A stretch of DNA of 28,074 nt from an uncultured cyanobacterium (GTDB taxonomy: Bacteria > Cyanobacteriota > Cyanobacteriia > Cyanobacteriales > Cyanobacteriaceae): assembly GCA_963749915.1 (NCBI GenBank), contig CAVVOP010000003.1, forward strand, positions 1 through 28,074, written 5' to 3'. Shown here piece by piece: positions 27,369-28,074 of this stretch. Below the pieces are notes generated by a model. It was not told where the DNA came from and did no database searches. It saw only the letters and a list, made by a program, of their open reading frames with translations. Each line of letters starts with the position of its first letter. Positions within the stretch are counted from its first letter, which is position 1. The translations under genes and the position numbers were made by a program.

Positions 27369-28074
27369 ATGCAAACATCAACCAAAAAATTCGCTCAAAA
27401 AATGGAAAAACAATTATATCAAGAATCATTTTTAACCATCGAAAACGTTTCTAAAGTTTATCCCACTCCCACAGGCGGTTACACCGTTCTTAAAGACGTT
27501 AATTTGACCGTCAATCAAGGAGAATTTATCTGTGTAATTGGTCATTCTGGTTGCGGTAAATCGACCCTTTTAAATATGGTTTCAGGCTTTGCTCAACCCA
27601 CTTCAGGTTCAGTAAAATTAAAAGGTACACCCATTACCAAACCCGGACCCGATCGCATGGTAGTATTTCAGAATTATGCCCTTTTACCTTGGTTAACGGT
27701 GTTTGAAAACGTTTATTTAGCTATTGATTCGGTATATCCTGAGAAAAAGGAAGCGGAAAAAAGAGCCATAGTAAGAGATCATTTAGCCTTAGTGGGTTTA
27801 ACGGAAGCCGCCGACAAAAAACCGCCTCAAATTTCTGGGGGCGTGAAACAACGTAATTCCATCGCCCGTGCTTTGGCTATACGTCCTGAAGTACTGATTT
27901 TAGATGAACCTTTTGGTGCATTAGATCCTATTACTAAAGAGGAGTTACAAGAAGAATTACTTACTATTTGGAATGAATATCGTTGTAATGTTTTAATGAT
28001 TACCCATGATATTGATGAAGCCGTATTTCTCTCCGATCGCATTGTGATGTTAACTAACGGACCAGGATCAAAAA
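27369..28074 (+). CDS. cmpD: Bicarbonate/nitrate ABC transporter ATP-binding subunit D (runs off the window)
   Basis: Not in the ORF track. RBS GAGAGG then ATG 27369. Translates MQTSTKK...GHSGCGKSTLL (Walker A), PGPDRMVVFQNY, ISGGVKQR, LILDEPFGALD (Walker B) and MITHDIDEA. Follows the cmpC remnant. Confidence 0.82.
   Translation, partial: MQTSTKKFAQKMEKQLYQESFLTIENVSKVYPTPTGGYTVLKDVNLTVNQGEFICVIGHSGCGKSTLLNMVSGFAQPTSGSVKLKGTPITKPGPDRMVVFQNYALLPWLTVFENVYLAIDSVYPEKKEAEKRAIVRDHLALVGLTEAADKKPPQISGGVKQRNSIARALAIRPEVLILDEPFGALDPITKEELQEELLTIWNEYRCNVLMITHDIDEAVFLSDRIVMLTNGPGSK

Noticed and set aside
1747..28042. Short antisense or alternate-frame ORFs (e.g. 1747..2043, 2559..2792, 5803..6000, 7874..8095, 14128..14355, 19220..19468, 22080..22280, 27827..28042)
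   Set aside because: They are shadows of well-supported genes with no motifs. Repeated ones recur only because the IS copies are duplicated.

Overview
This is a cyanobacterial window: HIP1 GCGATCGC octamers occur at 5162, 5181, 9808, 13422, 14009, 20450 and 23749, and cmpC/cmpD-like genes are present. About half of it is insertion sequence, including two nested stacks: ISAs1 containing IS1634 and IS66 (302-5318), and IS1 containing IS1634, which in turn contains IS630 (20363-23998). There are also a solo IS1634, an IS4-type element and a second IS630. Between the stacks lies an apparently intact five-gene fatty-acyl biosynthetic operon (5515-15175). It encodes a P450 with a non-canonical I-helix, a FAAL fused to an acyl-ACP dehydrogenase, a free ACP, an adenylation-less C-T-TE NRPS-like protein and a second acyl-ACP dehydrogenase. 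Three of these proteins carry matching short docking-like motifs. I do not recognise this gene set as a characterised pathway, and it is the best candidate here for an undescribed system. The window also holds a beta-helix/RTX secreted protein, a STAND-NTPase remnant, and an IS-disrupted bicarbonate transporter locus (cmpC remnant followed by cmpD, which runs off the right end). All family calls come from motif recognition by eye; no searches were run.
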